Shown in pieces: positions 14,964 through 30,428 of a stretch of 64,000 bases of DNA. Origin of the DNA: the human T2T-CHM13v2.0 reference genome, Homo sapiens; the NCBI RefSeq assembly GCF_009914755.1, contig NC_060947.1. One strand, written 5' to 3'. The notes beneath the pieces are model-generated. The model was not told the origin of the DNA, made no database searches, and worked only from the letters and a program-made list of their open reading frames with translations. Position 1 is the stretch's first letter; each line of letters begins with the position of its first letter. The position numbers were made by a program, and so were the translations under genes.

Positions 14964-15443
14964 CATTCTATAAAGACACATGCACACGTAGGTTTATTGC
15001 AGCACTGCTCACAATAGCGAAGTCTTGGAACCAACCCAAATGTCCATCAATGATAGACTGGATAAAGAAAATGTGGCACATATACACCATGGAATACTAT
15101 GCAGCCATAAAACAGGATGAGTTCATGTCCTTTGCAGAGACATGGATGAAACTGGAAACCATCATTCTCAGCAAAGTAACACAAGAAGAGAAAACCAAAC
15201 ACCACATGTTCTCACTCAAAAGTGGGAGTTGAACAATGAGAACACATGGACACAGGGAGGGGAACATCACACACTGGGGCCTGTCGGGGGGTGGGGGGCT
15301 GGGGGAGAGATAGCATTAGGAGAAATACCTAATGTAAATGATGAGTTGATGGGTGCAGTAAACCAACATGGCACATGTATACCTGTGTAACAAAGCTGCA
15401 TGTTGTGCACATGTACCCCAGAACTTAAAGTGTAATAAAAAAA
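14964..15443 (+). mobile_element. 5'-truncated L1PA 3' end nested in the older antisense L1
   Basis: ORF2 end (DWIKKMWHIYTMEYYAAIK...MFSL), 3' UTR and A tail; TSD AAAAATGCTAC(A/T)GATTTTT on both sides. Confidence 0.93.
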
Positions 15444-17000
15444 ATGCTACTGATTTTTGTATGTTGATTTTTGTATTCTGCAACTTTACTGAATTTATCA
15501 GTTCTAATAGTTTTTTGGTGGAGTCTTTAGGTTTTCATAAATATAATATCATATCATCTGTAAACAAAGATAATTCGACTCTTTCCTTTCCAATTTGGAT
15601 GCCCTTTACTTCTTTCTCTTGTCTGATTGTTCTAGTTAGGACTTCCAGTAATGTGTTGAATTACAGTGGTGAAAGTGGGCAACCTTGTTGTGTTTCAGAT
15701 CTTAGAGGAAAAGCTTTCAGTTTTTCTCCATTCAATATGATACTGGCTGTGGGTCTGTCATATGTGGCTTTTATTATGTTGAGGTATGTTCTTTCTATAC
15801 CCAGTTTTTGAGAGTTTTTATGATGAACAGATGTTGAATTTTATCAAATGCTTTTTCAGCCTCAATTGAAATGATCATGTGGTTTTTGACTTTCATTCTG
15901 TTGATATGATGTATCTCATTGACGAATTTGCTTATCTTGAACCATCTTTGCATCTTTGAACCAAATGGGCTAAATCCCACTTGGCCATGATGAATGATCT
16001 TTCTAATGTGTTGTTGAATTTGGTTTGCTGGTATTTTCTTCAGGATTTTTGTATCAATATTCATCAGTGATATTGGCCTGTAGTTTTCTTTTGTTTGATG
16101 TGTCTTTGTCTGGTTTTGGTATCAGGGTGACACCGGCCTTGTACAATGAATTTGGAAATATTCCCTCCTCCTCTATTTGTCAGAACAGTCTGAGTAGGAT
16201 TGGTATTAGTTCCTTTTTAGATATTTGGTAGAATTCAGCAGTTAGGCCATTGGGTCTGAGCTTTTCCTTGCTGGAAGGCTTTTCATTATGGCTTCAATCT
16301 TATTACTTGCTATTGGTCTCTTCAAGTTTTGGATTTCTTCATGGTTCAATTTTCGTAGGTTGTATGGTCTATGAAATTTATCCAATTATTCTAGATTTTT
16401 CAATTTATTGTCATATAGTTGCTCATAGTATCCACTAATGATCCTTTAAATTTCTATGGTATCAGTTGTAATGTCTCCTTTTCCATCTTTAATTTTATTT
16501 ATTTGGGTCATCTCTTTTTGTTGTCTTAGTTAGCCTGGCTAAATTTTGTCACTTTTATTTTTTTCAAAAAAACAACTTTTTGTTTCATTGATCTTTTGTA
16601 TTGTCTTGTTCATTTTAATTTATTTCTGCTCTGATCTTTATTATTTCTTACCTTCTACTCATTTTGGGTTTGCTTTGCTCTTGCCTTTCTAGTTTTTTAA
16701 GATTCAGTATTAGGTTGCTTATTTGAAGTTTTTTTTCTTTTTGATGTAGGCACTTATAGCTCTACTAATATTGCTTTTGCTGTATCCCTTAGACTTTAGT
16801 ATGTTGTGTTTGTATTATTATTTGTCTCAAAAAATTTTGCAATTTCCTTTTTAATTTCTTCGTTGACTCACTGGTCATTCAGTAGCATATTGTTTAATTT
16901 CTATGTGTTTGTATAATTTCCAAATTTCTACTCATTATTGTTTTCTAGTTTTACTTCACTGTGATAAGAGAAGATGCTTGATATTACTTCAAGTTTTTTG

Positions 17001-17270
17001 AAAGAACACCTGGGAAATTCATCGCAAAAAGATCATCACCTAGGCACATCGTCGTCAGGTTATCCAAAGTTAAGATGAAGGAAAGAATCTTAAGAGCTGT
17101 GAGACAGAAGCACCACGTAACCTATAAAGGAAAACCTATCATATTAACAGCAGATTTCTCAGCAGAAACCCTACATGCCAGAAGGGATTGGAGCCCTATC
17201 TTCAGCCTCCGTAAACAAAACAATTATCAGCCAAGAATTTTGTATCCAGCAAAACTAAACCTCATATATG
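17001..17270 (+). mobile_element. L1 ORF1 internal fragment (L1PB-like)
   Basis: Translates RTPGKFIAKRSSPRHIVVRLSKVKMKERILRAVRQKHHVTYKGKPIILTADFSAETLHARRDWSPIFSLRKQNNYQPRILYPAKL, i.e. ORF1p RRM/CTD. Confidence 0.9.
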
Positions 17271-18300
17271 GTGCTTAGCTATTTATTTTGTTATCTATTG
17301 TTGTTGCTCAAACTGTTCAAGCTTTGGCCATTGGGAGCTCTTTCACATTGGCTCTTGTGTACTTTTGGCATGCCCTCATCCACTTTGTTTGGAGCACTTC
17401 CTCTTTCTGGCACCACAGGATGCTCCAGGCTCATCTTGTGTTTTCTTCTCTGCATTGGCCCTAGACTTAGTCATTTCTCCTAGGAGCCCTGGTTCTTTTT
17501 TTTTTTTTTTTTTTTTTGATGAATGGCCTTAGAAACCAAGATCTTGGTGATGGGTGTGCTCATTGCTACTGTGATGACACTGCTTCTACACATTCTAAAT
17601 GAACAGAACTAGGAAATATATGTATGTGTACTACCACATGTATATACATATCCATAATTATGTTCCTATATGCATATATATTAAACTAAACATTAGTTCA
17701 CTGACATTAAAAATGTATGAGGATATTGATGTAAAAAATTAAAATCATGCCTTATCTTCCCAATCTTCTATAATTGTTTTATTTATAACAAAAACAAATG
17801 TCATTATTAAAAAACGAATAAAATAAATATAAGTTCATACTAATATTTCTAACTTGAATCCAGAACTGTAGAATTTATTCTAGCCTTCTGCCTCACCACT
17901 TTGTTTATTTGTAACTACTTACTCTGGTACCATGACTCTTATAATCTACAATTTATTTACTTATTTGTTCAATCCTAGAATACATGTAAAATAATTTCAG
18001 AATTGCTATCCTGTAGCTCCGTGAGAAAGAAAAACTTCACAAATTATAGTATTAATTCATGATTCTTTTTGTCTTTCATCTTGGAATAGCTAATTAAAGC
18101 ACTGTTTTTCCAAATTACTTTGGTCAGCTCCTTTTTTCCTCACCCTCTTGAATGAAGTTATGTCATACATTTGTAATACAGTTAGATTCATTTGTCACAG
18201 TCTGCATTCCATTCTGGGATCTCCTGACACCTTTATTGATTTTTTAAAATGTACACAAAGTGTACTCTGTATGGGTAGAGTCATGTATCCACCATCCTAG

Positions 18301-18657
<357 letters not shown>

Positions 18658-19218
18658 CAAGGGCCATTTTGAAAGACTGGTTTACAAGTATGTAGAAACC
18701 ATAACCCTGACCTACTGAAACTGCTGAGATCAGAGACAGCTGGGAAACAACACAATAGAAGAATGTAATTTCTTCTTTCTGGCTGCTTTCTAGAGGCTGA
18801 ATGAGAAACCTGCAATGATTCCCTGAAGAAGCAGAAGAGACAGTGAATCTAGGAGACCTGGGTAGTCTCTCAAATCTTCAGCTGGATGCTTATCTTTGTT
18901 ATATACTGTATTTCACTTGTTTAAGTGGCAAATGGTTGGGATTGTACGTCTTCCTTCTGGGAAACCATAAAGATGAAAAGGCTATTCATATAGTCTGGTG
19001 GGGAAGAAATCTCTCAATATTAAGAACATGACCTCATGACCTAATCTTGAAGCAGCCCTGTGGGAGACCAGTGAGGAGACCTATGCCTATGAATAGAGAC
19101 CTTGCAATTGGCAATTAATGAAGTACGTGAAGCATTTTTTCTTATATGACACTAAATTCAACCGAAAACATTTCATTTGGTATTTTTGCATCTCTAAGCT
19201 ATTAGTGAGATTGGTTTA

Positions 19219-19592
<374 letters not shown>

Positions 19593-20479
19593 AATGTATT
19601 AGTTAGAATTCTGTAAAGATGACAAACTGGATATGAGTAGCAATTAAAATCTGATCCACTTCTGGGACTGATAGTTGGGGGCAAATGAGGCTTTGACTTT
19701 CATGGGAATCCTAGCAGGGAGAACTTGGGTGGAGCTTTCTCATGGATAGACTGGACAAACCTTGGAAACCAGAGTTGCAGAACCCCAGGGAGAGAATTAG
19801 AATGAGATAGATACTGAAAAAAGCTCAGGCTACCAAGACATGAATCTTAAGTGAGAGAGAGGTGAATGACATTAGATCCCTTCAGGTGGGTTTGATTGTC
19901 TGGGCTTCCAAGAGGCAAAAGGGAGCTGAAAGGGTGGACTGTGTCCTCTCTGTATATACCTTATACCTCTGGGTATAAGGAACTGTGAGGAGAGCTGACG
20001 GCAGGACATTTTCTCCTGAGGCCTTAGTGGGGTACTGGTATCCTGCCTGCTGCTATGGTGAGCTCATGACGGGTGAGGCCACCATGTCTTCCACCACTTT
20101 GGGGCCCACTTCCCCCGTTCTTTAATAACTGGACCTCAGTAGTCCCAAGTAGAACTGACTCATCTAATGGGTCCCAGAAGCTAGAGAAAGAAGGTCAATC
20201 GAAACAAGTATAACACATGTCCAATAAAGCTTGTTCAAGATAAGCACTTGAGTAAAAAGATATGAACACTTAGAAATATGTACTAGGGTACAAAGTATTT
20301 TCTGAGTCAGCATAACCTTCCAACTATCCAATGCAGTAGCTGGTTAGAAGAAAAATGTGGTCATTACTAGGACACAACTTGGTGGCCTGCAAACTCATAT
20401 GAAAGAAATACTTTAAAGCATAAGCTTTAAAGTATTTAAAAGAGCAAAAAGACAAAGATGAAAACCATGAGGAGCATGT

Positions 20480-21320
20480 ACATAGTATTGGGGTAAATGT
20501 ATGTATGAGTTTCTGTAGTGGATACCCAAGAGTAGAACTACTGGGTCTTAGGGTGTGTGTGTCTTCAACTTTGCCTAATATCCTAAACCATTCTCCAGAG
20601 AGATGGTGCCAGTTTGCACACCCATCAGCAGTGTACAAGAGTTACCTTTGCTACACAACATCTCCAACATTGGGCATTATCAGTCTTTTAAGTATTTGCC
20701 AATATGATACGTGTCTAGTGGTATACCATGGTATTAATTTGTATTCCTTCTTTAACAATGAGGTTGAACAGTTTTTCATATGTTTATCATCTACTTAGAT
20801 TTCCTTGTTTTTTTGAAATGCATATTTTAGTGTTTTGCCTGTTTTTCTATTGAGTTATCTTTACCTACATATCAATGTGAGGGTAATTCTTTATATATTC
20901 TGGATATGAGTACTTGGTCAATAAGTGTGTGGCAAATATATTCTCTCTGTGACATGTCTGTCTTTTTCTTAATTTTTATTTTATTTTTAAATTTTTAAAT
21001 TAAAAAAATTTTGTTGAGATGCAGTCTCACTCTGATGCTCAGGCTGGATTGCAGTAGTGTGATCATGGCTCACTACAGTGTGGTGTGTCTCTTGATGAAT
21101 GAGTCTTTTGATGAATAAAATTTCTTAATTTTAATGTAGTCAAATGGATCAATCTTTTGCTTTATAGTTACTACTTTTTGTGTCATGAGTAAACTCTTCC
21201 TGGTCCCACATCATGAAGATACTTTTCTCTATTGTATTCTAAAAAGCTTTAATGTGTTGCCCACATTTAGTTTTATAACCCACCAGAGTGTTTATGTAAG
21301 GTGTGAGGTAGGGATCAGGT
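20480..21320 (-). mobile_element. Old L1M ORF2 3' fragment with a partial Alu (about 20968-21078)
   Basis: Antisense L1 motifs (ggtattaatttgtattcc...gaggttgaacagtttttcatatgttta; cttaattttaatgtagtcaaat). Confidence 0.75.
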
Positions 21321-22560
21321 TGTTAGCCTCTTTCAAGCAGACAAATCTCACATAAGCAGTGATCTTTTATTATTTCCCCTTACATCTAATCAAGGACCTC
21401 AACTGCGCACTCTCTTGCACTTCTCCCCACTTCTATATTCTCATTAAATCAACATAGTTCAGATCTTATCTTTTTCTCACTTGGGATGGAGATTTCTCTG
21501 CCTCACTCAAACACCCATCATACATAATACCTACACATAATATAATATTCATCACTTTCTAAAATTCAGAATTCATTGTATTATCCCTCTTGCCAACCTT
21601 ACCTATGTTTCCCATGGCCTTAAGGATAGAATTTTAGCATACTAGTTTGTCATCAACTTCTAGGAAGGCTGTGGTCTTTCCACATTTCTTGCCTTATATC
21701 CTCCTCTGTCCCTTTATAAACACAGTGCTCTGGCCTTTCTATTTTATCCAATGGCTTTGACCTTTCTTCTCTCATATTTATTTTTGAAGTATTGGTGCTT
21801 AGCATTGAGTAGGCATTCAATATATTTCTGTTAAAATAACAATTGAGTCCAACCTACACAAAGCATATGTTCTGGTTAGTGGCACATCATAAATGCTTAA
21901 TAAATGTTTGCTTGTTGAATGAATGAAAGACCATCTCTGCACTTAGTATCTATATCACTTATTTTGCTTACTAACATACCAAAATAAAGTGTCCTTTCCT
22001 ATAATTTACATATGTATTTGTGAGATCAAGTCCTTGGGGCAATGAAACAATAAGTTACCGACAGTCATAGATAACACAGCAAAATGTTTTGTAGAGACAG
22101 CAAGCAAGATAGCAAACATGGGGCTGATTGTATAATATGAATAGTAAATATAAGAAGTGCTTAAAAAGAGAGAGTACTGAGAGGCAGTGGCTATAGAAAA
22201 GGCCTCCAAAAGGAGGTAGGTTTCAGCTGAATTTTGAAGGATGATGAGGCCTAAGGAATCCTGAACAGGGAAAAGAGCAAATGTAGGAGTGGGCTTTGGC
22301 ATGGGATCTGGTGGGACATTCAGGTTAGTGGCCATGGCCCCTGCAATCTGACCTTGTGGCTTGGCACATGAAGATTTTCTGGACTGTTCTAGGATGGAGC
22401 CCATCCTGGGAGTTGATGGTGTGACATGAGCATGAACAAAGGTCCTGATATCATTAAAGCAGTATAGCATGGTGGTTAGGCACATGGACTCTAGAGTCAG
22501 ACCTAAGCTCAAATTCCAGGTCTACTGCTGCCTAGCTGTGTCCACAGGCAAGTTACTTAC

Positions 22561-22941
22561 TGCTATGGACTAAATTGTGTCACCCCAAAATTCATATGAT
22601 GAGGCCCTATCCCCTAATGTGATGATATTTGGAGATGGGGCCTTTGGGAGACAATTAAGTTTGGATGAAGTCACAAGTGTGGGGCCCTCATAATTGAGAT
22701 TAGTGCGCATATATGAAGAGACACCAGAGATCTTGCTTCCTTTCTCTCTGTCTTTTCCATGTAAGGACACAGTGAGAAGGCAGCCCTCTGCAACCCAGGG
22801 AGATGGCCCTCACCAGAACCCAACCATGTTGGTATCCTGATCTTGGACTTCCAGTCTCCAGGTCTATGAGAAAATAAATTTCTGTTGTGTAAGTCAGCCA
22901 GTCTATGATATTTTGTTATAGCAGCCTGAGCAGACTAAGAT
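22561..22941 (+). mobile_element. MLT1A-like MaLR solo LTR inserted in a MIR
   Basis: TGCTATGGACTAAATTGTGTC...AAATAAATTTCTGTTG...GCAGCCTGAGCAGACTAAGA; MIR halves (ggcaagttactt / tctctaagcctcagtttcctc) flank it. Confidence 0.85.
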
Positions 22942-23359
22942 ATATACCTTCTCTAAGCCTCAGTTTCCTCACCCATGAAAAAAATATAATATTTACCTTC
23001 AAGGGCTTATGTGGGGAGTAAATACAGGCAAAAAACAAACAAGCAAATAAACAAAAGTCAGAATGGTTCCTGGCACACAGTAAATACTCAACAAATCTGC
23101 TATGAGAGGTTAGGTGAAATTACTGTTAGGGACTAGAAATAGGGGGCAGGCTGAATATCCAGGAATTATAGTGAATGCAGGGTACCCTCTTTAGCATCAG
23201 AAATTCTGCAAAGGAGACTAAATCAATCTCCTTGGTCTCCATGGCATGGGGAGTAATCGGTAGTTTTTATTCCATACCCATCATTAATGATCCCTTCTTG
23301 AGTGCCATAGGACAGCTAAGAGACAAATGGATAAGACAGGGTCATCCATGAAGACGTTC

Positions 23360-23780
23360 TGTCTTAGTCCCTTTGTGTTGTTATAAAGGAATGCCTGAGG
23401 CTGGGTAATTTAGAAAGGAAAGAGGTCTATTTGGCTCACAGTTCCGTAGGCTGTACAAGAAGCATGGCACCAGCATCTGTATCTGGTGAGGGCCTCAGGA
23501 AGCTTCCACTCATGGTGGAAGGTTAAGGGGAACGAGAATCACATGGCAAAAGAGAGGGAGGAAGAAGTGAGAGAAGAAGGGAGGAGGTGCCAGGCTCTTT
23601 TTAACAACCAGCTCTTATGAGAACTAATAGAGTGAGAATTCATTCATTACCACAAGGATGGTACCAAGGCTTTCCTGAGGGATCCACCCCTATGACCCAA
23701 ACACCTCCCACCAGGCCCTACCCCTAACACTAGTCATCAAATTTCGAGATTTGGAGGGGACAAATATCCAAACTATATTA
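23360..23780 (-). mobile_element. MSTB-like MaLR solo LTR
   Basis: TGTCTTAGTCC...GGCTGGGTAATTTA...AAGCATGGCACCAGCATCTG...CAAATATCCAAACTATA. Confidence 0.88.
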
Positions 23781-24204
23781 GGTTGGTTGAAACTCCACCC
23801 ATGGTGTCCAAGTCATTGACACTAGACTTGTCAGGCTACAGGCTGAAGAAACTCAGCCAAGCACAAAATTTTAATTAAAAATTAAAAATTTGAGCCCAAT
23901 CACAGCTCCCATTGCCATCGCGTTTTACCGCCACAAGACCCAGATGCCTTTCGACTGTTAGAAGAACTGGACAGCTTACTTGATTGGGACAAATCAGGAC
24001 AGCTTCTTTGACACTCTAAATTTATCTATGAGCTGGACCTCTGGACATGAGACCATGCCCCCAGTGTTCTGTTGCTCTTGATGGACTCAGACTTAACTGC
24101 CATGGTTTTCCCCCTGGAGAAATGGATTCGTCAGTAAAACAGCGGTGTGCATAAGTCACACAAAGACCTTTACAAGAACATTTGTAACAGCTCATTTTTT
24201 AAAT

Positions 24205-24768
24205 TCTTTAAACATTTTTTTATTTTTAATTTTCGTGGGTAGATGTATATATTTGTGGAGTTCATGAGATATTTTGATACAGGCATACAATGCATAATAA
24301 TCACATCAGGGTAAATGGGGTACCCATCACCTCAAGCATTTATCTTTTCTTTGTGTTACAAACAATCCAAGTTTGCTTTTAGTTATTTTAAAATGTACAG
24401 TAAATTATTGTTGACTATAGCTACCCTGCTGTGTTATCAATAGTAGGTCTTTCTCATTCTAACTGTATTTTGTACCCATTAAACATCCTCACTTCCCCTC
24501 CCCAAACCACTACCCTTCTCCACCTCTGGTAACCATCCTTCTACTCTCTGTCTCCACGAGTTCAATTGTTTTAATTTTTAGATCCCACAACTAAGTGAGA
24601 ACATGCGATGTTTGTCTTTCTGTGCCTGGCTTATTTGACCTAGCATAATGACCTCCAGTTCCTCCCATGTTGTTGCAGATGACAGGATCTCATTCTTTTT
24701 GATGGCTGAATAGTACTCTGTTGTGTATATATGTACCACATTTTCTTTATCCATTTGTCTGTTGATTG
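24205..24768 (-). mobile_element. L1MA 3' end inserted in an older + strand L1ME fragment (about 24150-25260)
   Basis: T tail, then the L1MA 3' UTR antisense; reverse peptide STDKWIKKMWYIYT. Confidence 0.85.
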
Positions 24769-26389
24769 ATCAATAATAGGTCTAAACTGGGAACAACCCA
24801 AATGTTCTGGAATGGCTGAATAGATAAGCAATATCTGATATCTCCATACGACAGAATTCTACTCAGCAAGAAAAAGGAACAAAGTACAGATACTTTGTTT
24901 TGAGGATAAACCTCAAAAACATGCTAAGTGAAAGAAGCTAGATCCAAACGAGTACATACTGTATGATTCCATTTATGTGAAGTTCAAGAACAGGCAAAAC
25001 TAATCCGTAGCACGAGAATCCAGAATTACTGTTACCTCTGTTGGAGATGAGAGGGGACACAGTATTGATTGGGAAGTTGCATGGAAGACATTTCTTGAGG
25101 AATGGAAATGTTCTATATCTTAATTATGTGTGTGTGCATGTGTGTATATATGTGTGTGTGTATATATATGTATATGTACGTGTGTGTGTATGAAAAATTC
25201 ATCAGACTATATACTGAAGAAGTACACCTGTTATGGTGTCTAATTTATACCTCAATTAAAAGGAGAAGAAAAGAAAGAACAGGAGTAGGAAGTGGGAAAT
25301 TAAGCCATCAATAAACCCAACAAAGCACAAAACAAGGCTAGCAGGATCTGCCATGCAGGCTTATCCTCTGCAGTGGGGAGACAGGCAGCTGTAGCGTGGC
25401 GCTCCTGTGAATGGAGCCAGTGTTCTGGGCTCAGAGGCCTTGCTTGGCCGCTTCCTGCTGGGGCCTGTTGCAGAGTTCACCCAAGGTTGGTGGGAGGTCG
25501 GCTTGACTTGATCTTGTGGCAGGATTGGCTCTAACAGGCCACAGGCTCCTCAGCCACCAGAAACGGTTATCAGACAGTCTTTCTGGGAAGACAGATAATT
25601 TTGTAAAAATTACAGGAGCTTTTGCCAACCGCATTTCGGCCTCTTAACTTTCTGGCAGCTGCTTCAGGAGCATCACAGAGCTGGCTGAAACAGTTTCCAG
25701 AGCACAACAGAGTGGGCATTAATCCCACAGATTTGCTGCCAAACAGGGAGGAAAAATGGCAACTTAAAAAAAGACAAAGAAATTAGTCGGAGGCTGAGAT
25801 TGCTTTAATGAAGGGCCAGAATATCTCCCAAAACCACAGCTGAGTTCTGTATTGGGTGCAGTGTCCTATTCTCAGAGGACTTGGCTCTTCTGATTTTCTA
25901 AACCATAGATGAGGAAGAAATTATTGTGAACACAGCTCTCGATTTTTCTCCCCTCCCCTTTCCTCTATCCTGCCACATTCCTAGCTCCCACTAACACTGT
26001 TATGTTGCTTGGTTGCTCCGTCTACAGTGAGCTACATGTTCAATGAGCAGACATCATTTGTTCCCTTTCATTCAGCCTAGAGTTGTCCCTGCTTCTGTTT
26101 GATTCCTCCTGTTGGTCCTGATGGTGTGATGGCAAGTCGGATTTCTCTCTCCCTCTGTTTTTTCCTCCTTCTCTCCCATTTCATGCATTCAACATGTATT
26201 TTTCATGCATCTATCCATGAAAAGCTCTATTGTGGACATCTGTGTGGACAATTACTCTTAATAGAACAGTAAGCAAAAATTGTCCATATGCAACCTAAAC
26301 AAAAATTACTTTATATATATCAGTCTTGCCCCCTCCTCCCTTTCTATGAATACGCGAAGGTGATATAAACTCTAGTTCCCCATACAAGT

Positions 26390-26752
26390 TGATATGGTTA
26401 GGCTGTGTCTCCACTCAAATTTCATCTTGAATTGTAGCTCCCATAATTTCCAAGTGTTGTGGGAGGGACCTGGTGGGAGATAATTGAATCATGGGGGCAG
26501 TTTCCCCCATACTGTTCTCATGGTAGTGAATAAATCTCATGAGATCTGATGATTTTATAAGGCGTTTCCCCTTTCATTTGGCTCTCATTCTCTTGTCTGC
26601 CACCATGTAAGACATGCCTTTTGCCTTCAGCCGTGATTGTGAGGCCTCTCCAGCCACGTGGAACTGTAAGTCCATTAAACCTCTTTTTCTTTATAAATTA
26701 CCCAGTCTCAGGTATGTCTTTATCAGCAGAGTGAAAATGGACTAATAATACA
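26390..26752 (+). mobile_element. THE1 (MaLR) solo LTR
   Basis: TGATATGGTT...CATTAAACCTCTTTTTCTTTATAAATTACCCAGTCTCAGG...ACA; 5-bp TSD CAAGT/TAAGT. Confidence 0.92.
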
Positions 26753-27317
26753 TAAGTCATGACTCTAAGAAGCAGCATACTATCAAATGGAAATCCAGGA
26801 AAAGCAAGCTGCAGATTTAAGACTGAAGCAAGTAAAACAAAACGAATGATCAATGTGAAAATCATTTTTTCCAGCTTTCATTGTTAGTTACCCAGTTTCT
26901 GAAATTTTTCTGAAACTTTGTGTTGTTGAGTTTTTTTTTAGTTCCTGGGACTTGAAAATAAATGTCAAAACTGGTTCAGACTTTTTTTTTCATATTTGGC
27001 CATTATGAAGGCATGCACAACAATTCTATCAGGTTTTATCTCAGTTTGAAAAAATAGTAATGTTGCTGCCTTAGATGAAGTCTGTCTCAATGTCAAGGCT
27101 AAGGCCTTGGTCAAGTCTTCATTGGCCAAACTGTCGCGGGTATGGCTGCTTTTTTCTCACCATGGAGAAATTCCCATGCTTCAAAAATGTCTTTATTTTT
27201 TTCGTAATAAAAGCAATACACCTGGATGATTTTCATTGTTTTCTTAGACCATGTTGACATTTTTATATAATAAACACATTAATATTATTAATATATAATA
27301 AACAAAAAATATTTTTT

Positions 27318-27432
27318 GGCTGGGTGCGGTGGCTCATGTCTGTAATCCCAGAACTTTGGGAGGTTGCAGCGGGAGGATCATGTGAGTCCAGAAGTACGAG
27401 ACCAGACCAGTCAACAAAGCAATACCTTGTCT
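27318..27432 (+). mobile_element. Degenerate Alu left monomer
   Basis: GGCTGGGTGCGGTGGCTCATGTCTGTAATCCCAG...; runs directly into (CT)n and the AT array. Confidence 0.85.
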
Positions 27433-27454
27433 GTTCTCTTTCTCTCTCTCTCTC

Positions 27455-30428
27455 TATATATATATATATTTATATATATATTTTTATATATATTTATATA
27501 TATTTACATATATTTATATATATATATTTTTATATATATTTATATATATTTATATATATATTTTATATATATTTATATATATATTTACATATATTTATAT
27601 ATATATTTTTATATATATTTATATATATTTATATATATATTGATATATATATTTATATATATATTTATATATATATTTATATATATATTTATATATATTT
27701 ATATATATATTTATCTATATATTTATCTATATATTTATATATATTTATATATATATTTATATATATTTATATATATATTTATATATATATTTATATATAT
27801 ATTTATATATATTTATATATATATTTATATATATATTTATATATATATTTATATATATTTATATATATATTTATATATATTTATATATATATTTATATAT
27901 ATATTTATATATATTTATATATACTTATATATATTTATATATATTTATATATACTTATATATATTTATATATATATTTATACATATTTATATATATTTAT
28001 ATATATTTTTATATATATTTATATATAATTATATATATATATTTATATATATTTATATATAATTATATATATATATAATTATATATATATTTATATATAT
28101 TTATATATATTATATATATTTATATAAATTTATATATATATTTATATATATATTTATATAAATTTATATATATATTTATATATATATTTATATATATTTA
28201 TATATATACATTTATATATATTTATATACATTTATATATATATTTATATACATTTATATATATATTTATATACATTTATATATATTTATATACATTTATA
28301 TATGTATTTATATATATTTATATATATTTATATACATTTATATGTATTTATATACATTTATATATATTTATATATATTTATATATACATTTATATATATT
28401 TCTATATTTATATATACATTTATATATATTTATATATACATTTATATATATATTTTTATATATTTATATATACATTTATATATACATTTATATATATTTA
28501 TATATATTTATATATACATTTATATATATTTATATATATTTATATATATATTTATATATATTTATATATTTATATATACATTTATATATATTTATGTATT
28601 TATATATACATTTATTTATATATTTATATATCTTTATATGTATTTATATATTTATATATTTATATATATTTATATATTTATATATATTTATATATAAATA
28701 TATATTTATATATGTTTATATATTTATATATATTTATATATATTTATATATTTCTATATATATTTATATATTTCTATATATTTCTATATATCTATATATT
28801 TCTATATATTTCTATATATTTATATATATTTATATATATTTATATATATATTTATATATTTATATATATTTATATATATTTATATATATTTATATATATT
28901 TATATATATATTCATATAAATTTATATATATATTTATATATATTTATATATATACATTTATATATATTTATATACATTTATATATCTATATACATTTTTA
29001 TATATTTATATACATTTATATATGTATTTATATATATTTATATATGTATTTATATACATTTATATATATATTTATATACATTTATATATATACATTTATA
29101 TATATTTATATATATTTATATATAGATTTATATATATTTATATATACATTTATATATATTTTTATATATTTATATATACATTTATATATACATTTATATA
29201 TACATTTATATATATTTATATATATTTATATATACATTTATATATATTTATATATACATTTATATATATTTATATATATTTATATATACATTTATATATA
29301 TTTATATATTTATATATATTTATATATACATTTATATATATTTATATATTTATATATACATTCATATATATTTATGTATTTATATATACATTTATTTATA
29401 TATTTATATATATTTATATATATTTATATATATTTATATATATTTATATATATTTATATATATTTATATATTTATATATATATTTATATATTTATATATA
29501 TATTTATATATTTTTATATATATTTATATATTTATATATTTATTTATATATTTATATATATTTATATATATATTTATATATTTTTATATATATTTATATA
29601 TTTATATATTTATTTATATATTTATATATATTTATATATATTTATATATATTTATATATATTTATATATTTATATATATTTATATATATTTATATATATT
29701 TATATATTTATATATGTTTATATATATTTACATATATGTACATATTTATATATATATTTATTAATATATATATTTATATATTTATTAATATATTTATTTA
29801 TATATATGTATATATATATTTATTTATATATATGTATATATTTATATATATTTATATATTTATATATATATTTATATATATGTATATATTTATATATATT
29901 TATATATATTTATATATATATTTATATATATTTATATATTTATATATATTTATATATATTTATATATTTATATATATATTTATATATATTTATATATATT
30001 TACATATATGTACATATTTATATATATTTATTAATATATATTTATATATATTTATTTATATATTTATATATATTTATATATATATTTATTTATATATATT
30101 TATATATATTTATATATATTTATATATATTTATATATTTATATATATATTTATATATATTTATATATATTTATATATTTGTATATATTTATATATATTTA
30201 TATATTTACATATATTTATATATATTTATATATATATTTATATATTTACATATATTTATATATATTTATATATATTTATATATTTACGTATATTTATATA
30301 TATTTATATATGTTTATATATTTATGTATATTTATATATATTTATATATGTTTATATATATTTATATATATTTATGTATATTTATATTTTTATATATATT
30401 TATATATATATTTTTATATATATATACA
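27455..30428. repeat. ~3 kb AT-rich minisatellite, (TATATATATT)n with 8-12 bp unit variants, bounded by (CT)n and (CA)n
   Basis: Directly visible; almost no G/C; variant units TATATACATT and TATATGTATT. Confidence 0.99.

Larger units (their letters stand above)
13188..17000 (-). mobile_element. Large decayed L1MA (L1MA2/3-like) ORF2 and 3' UTR, with nested insertions
   Basis: Reverse translation [31 protein letters not shown]...[18 protein letters not shown] is L1 reverse transcriptase; many stops and frameshifts. Confidence 0.93.

Noticed and set aside
13188-17270. Active or full-length L1
   Set aside because: Fragmented, with stops, frameshifts and nested insertions, and no 5' UTR
27455-30428. 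Possible CRISPR-like or other structured array
   Set aside because: No unique spacers; a eukaryotic simple tandem repeat
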